A stretch of DNA of 63,973 nt, counting the filler. It is 7 parts of 7 records of this genome, joined end to end, with 100 filler letters (N's around TTAATTAATTAA, not from the genome) between each part and the next. Parts side by side here need not be neighbours in the genome. Positions count along the whole stretch, not along the records: positions 58,927 to 63,973 come from DRR723986_12524; 6 more parts are not named here. The stretch is one strand, 5' to 3'. Below are positions 61,717 to 63,973 of the stretch, one piece after another. Each line of letters begins with the position of its first letter. The first letter of the stretch is position 1. The position numbers were made by a program, and so were the translations under genes. The notes under the pieces were generated by a model, which made no database searches, was not told where the DNA came from, and saw only the letters and a list, made by a program, of their open reading frames with translations.

Positions 61717-62632
61717 CGTAGTTAACCCTCCAAAGAGGCTCGACCGTTTCCGGCCGCGACAAACAGAGCTTTCCTGCCCCGCCAGCGACTCGTGGCGCGG
61801 TTTAGAAAGTCATTCAGGTTTTGGGTGCTGAAAGGCGCAGATGATTTACCGGGCCCCCCCGGGTCGCGGTCAAACCATCCCCACCTAGTGATGCTGCTTT
61901 CCCGATGGCAGTCCGGGGAGGCAGCACCGTCAAGTCACGGCTGACCAGCGCTTTCGCACAGCCACAAAATGGCATTTGTGGCATAATTTCGTCAATTTCA
62001 TTTTGACAAATTCAACCCCCGCGTGTGGAGTGAAATTGGGCGAAAATATGGCAACAGACACTTGAAAAAATCGTTCGTTATCAGTGTCCGAACTGAAGCT
62101 GAGCGATTTCTCTCGAACACATTGTAGCGCCACTAGAAACAATTAACATCTCGAAATGCTCGCTATGGTTGTATTTCACGCGGGGGCCTGTCCAATTGGT
62201 CAGGTCTGTCACGAATTCTGGAAACAGACCCGAGGGGCCACAGCTTGACTGCCAGTTTCCACGATCCCGATCCAAATCGTGGCAAAAGCCTGACTTGTTT
62301 CCGGCAGGATGACGCTGAAACCCGGACGAATATTTTTTATGGTTAATGCAGATCAACCTGAAGTTGCAAATAGTGGCGAAACAATGTCAGACTTTGTGCA
62401 TCTTTGTTCCCGGTTCTGCAATCTTTCGCCACAATCTGATTCGCTTTCCGCCCGCGAGAGCCTTGGAAACGCGTCGCTTTCCCCGCATTTCCCCTTGAAA
62501 GACCTGCCATAATGGACAAGTGGAGGAAGTCAGATCCTTCGCCCCATTTCTGCCACGAACTCCGCCTTGTGCTTGATACGTGACGCGCCGACCCCCATAA
62601 CCAGCCTTTGAAGATCCTGAACCGGAGACACC

Positions 62633-63943
62633 ATGCCCGAGCTTGCGCCCACCCTTGACGCATCGTTCTATCTGACCGCAGGCGCCATTCTGGCGTTGCT
62701 GCTGCTGTCGGCGTTTTTCTCGGGATCGGAAACCGCCCTGACAGCGGCCTCGCGCGGCAAGCTGCGGTCCCAGGCCGATCGCGGATCGAAAGCCGCTGAG
62801 CGCGCCCTGCATCTGACCGAAGACAGCGAGCGGCTGATCGGATCGGTGTTGCTTGGCAACAACCTGGTCAACATCCTTGCAGCATCGCTGGCAACCTCGC
62901 TGTTCACCCGCGCCTTTGGCGAAAGCGGCGTGGCGCTGGCAACGCTGGTGATGACCCTGCTGGTTCTGATCTTCGCCGAAGTGCTGCCCAAGACCTATGC
63001 CATTACCAATGCCGAGAAAGCCGCCGCCACGGTCAGCCCGGTGATCAAGGTGGTGATCCTCGTCTTCTCACCGGTTGTGGCCACGGTGCAGGTTTTGGTG
63101 CGCGCGATGCTGCGCGCCTTCGGGGTGCAGGCCGATCCCGACAGCAAGGTTCTGTCCGCCCATGAAGAAATCGCCGGCGCCATCACCCTGGGCCATTCCG
63201 AAGGCGTGGTCGAAAAGGAACATCGTGACCGACTGCTCGGCGCACTCGACCTGGGAGAACGCACTGTCGAAGAGATCATGCTGCACCGCTCGAATATCGA
63301 GATGATCGACGCGGATGCGGATGGCGAAACGATCCTAAGCCAATTGCTGCATTCGCCCTATACCCGCCTGCCCGTCTATCGTGGTGACCCGGAAAACATC
63401 ATCGGGCTGGTCCATGCCAAGGACGTGCTGCGCGCCATGGACCGGCTGGTGCGTGGCCCCGAGGCTTCGGCCCTTGGGCTTGCGGCGTTTTCGGTCACCG
63501 ATGTGGCGATGAAGCCCTATTTCGTGCCGGAAACCACGACGCTTGACGACCAGATGCGCCAGTTTCTGCGCCGCCATACCCATTTCGCGCTGGTGGTGGA
63601 TGAATATGGCGCGCTTCAGGGTCTGATCACGCTGGAGGACATACTCGAAGAGATCGTCGGCGAGATCACCGATGAATTCGACGTGGAAGAACTCGTGAAC
63701 CTGACACCCGGTCCCGATGGCAGCTACCTGATCGAAGGCGGCATGACGATCCGAGACCTGAACCGCGCGACGGACTGGAACCTGCCCGATGAAGAGGCCA
63801 ACACCGTTGCGGGGCTGGTGATCCACGAGGCGCAGATGATCCCCGAGAAGGGACAGGTGTTTTCGTTTCACGGGTTTCGGTTCGAAGTGGCCGAGCGCCA
63901 GCAGAACCGGTTGACGCAGCTTCGGGTGCGCAAGCTGCTATAG
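62633..63943 (+). CDS. HlyC/CorC (CNNM-CBS-CorC) family transporter
   Basis: SAFFSGSETA, LLGNNLVN, AEVLPK, VVDEYG...ITLEDILEEIVGEI and CorC C-terminal domain. Confidence 0.94.
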   Translation: MPELAPTLDASFYLTAGAILALLLLSAFFSGSETALTAASRGKLRSQADRGSKAAERALHLTEDSERLIGSVLLGNNLVNILAASLATSLFTRAFGESGVALATLVMTLLVLIFAEVLPKTYAITNAEKAAATVSPVIKVVILVFSPVVATVQVLVRAMLRAFGVQADPDSKVLSAHEEIAGAITLGHSEGVVEKEHRDRLLGALDLGERTVEEIMLHRSNIEMIDADADGETILSQLLHSPYTRLPVYRGDPENIIGLVHAKDVLRAMDRLVRGPEASALGLAAFSVTDVAMKPYFVPETTTLDDQMRQFLRRHTHFALVVDEYGALQGLITLEDILEEIVGEITDEFDVEELVNLTPGPDGSYLIEGGMTIRDLNRATDWNLPDEEANTVAGLVIHEAQMIPEKGQVFSFHGFRFEVAERQQNRLTQLRVRKLL

Positions 63944-63973
63944 GCGGTTTCGCCGTGCCTTCGGCACGTCGAC

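Overview
This is not one locus. It is a concatenation of 7 contigs joined by artificial 100-nt N linkers that carry TTAATTAATTAA: 1-11670, 11771-29854, 29955-36301, 36402-43162, 43263-52194, 52295-58826 and 58927-63973. Contig 1 (GC-rich alphaproteobacterial, Roseibium/Labrenzia-like by inference) has a ynbA/ynbB-like phospholipid gene pair, a LysR-divergent C5-dicarboxylate (itaconate/methylsuccinate-type) CoA catabolic operon, a trypsin-like peptidase, DUF1287, a PAS-GGDEF cyclase and a Cds1-like PLP enzyme. Contig 2 is housekeeping: obgE-proB-proA-nadD-rsfS-rlmH, envC-ctpA-deacetylase-rppH, a two-subunit NAD-linked formate dehydrogenase, a large acidic exported protein and queG. Contigs 3-4 have lower GC and are probably FCB-group: a lipoprotein, a T9SS cargo protein, an esterase, a Cys-rich ECF sigma, SRPBCC, ATL, a BtuF-like protein, a methyltransferase, ComF, a long-form TDO and a YgjP-like peptidase. 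Contig 5 is Roseobacter-like: degP, hflKC, gor, rpiA, MarR, GST and sdaA. Contig 6 is the most interesting. A 2-aminophenol 1,6-dioxygenase (amnBA) operon with two Rid genes faces a solo flotillin and an IclR regulator fused to a Rid domain whose conserved Glu is lost, and a mobile-element-like edge follows. Contig 7 has EPS genes and a CorC/HlyC transporter. No rRNA, tRNA or CRISPR array was recognised. All calls come from motif recognition by eye; no searches were run.
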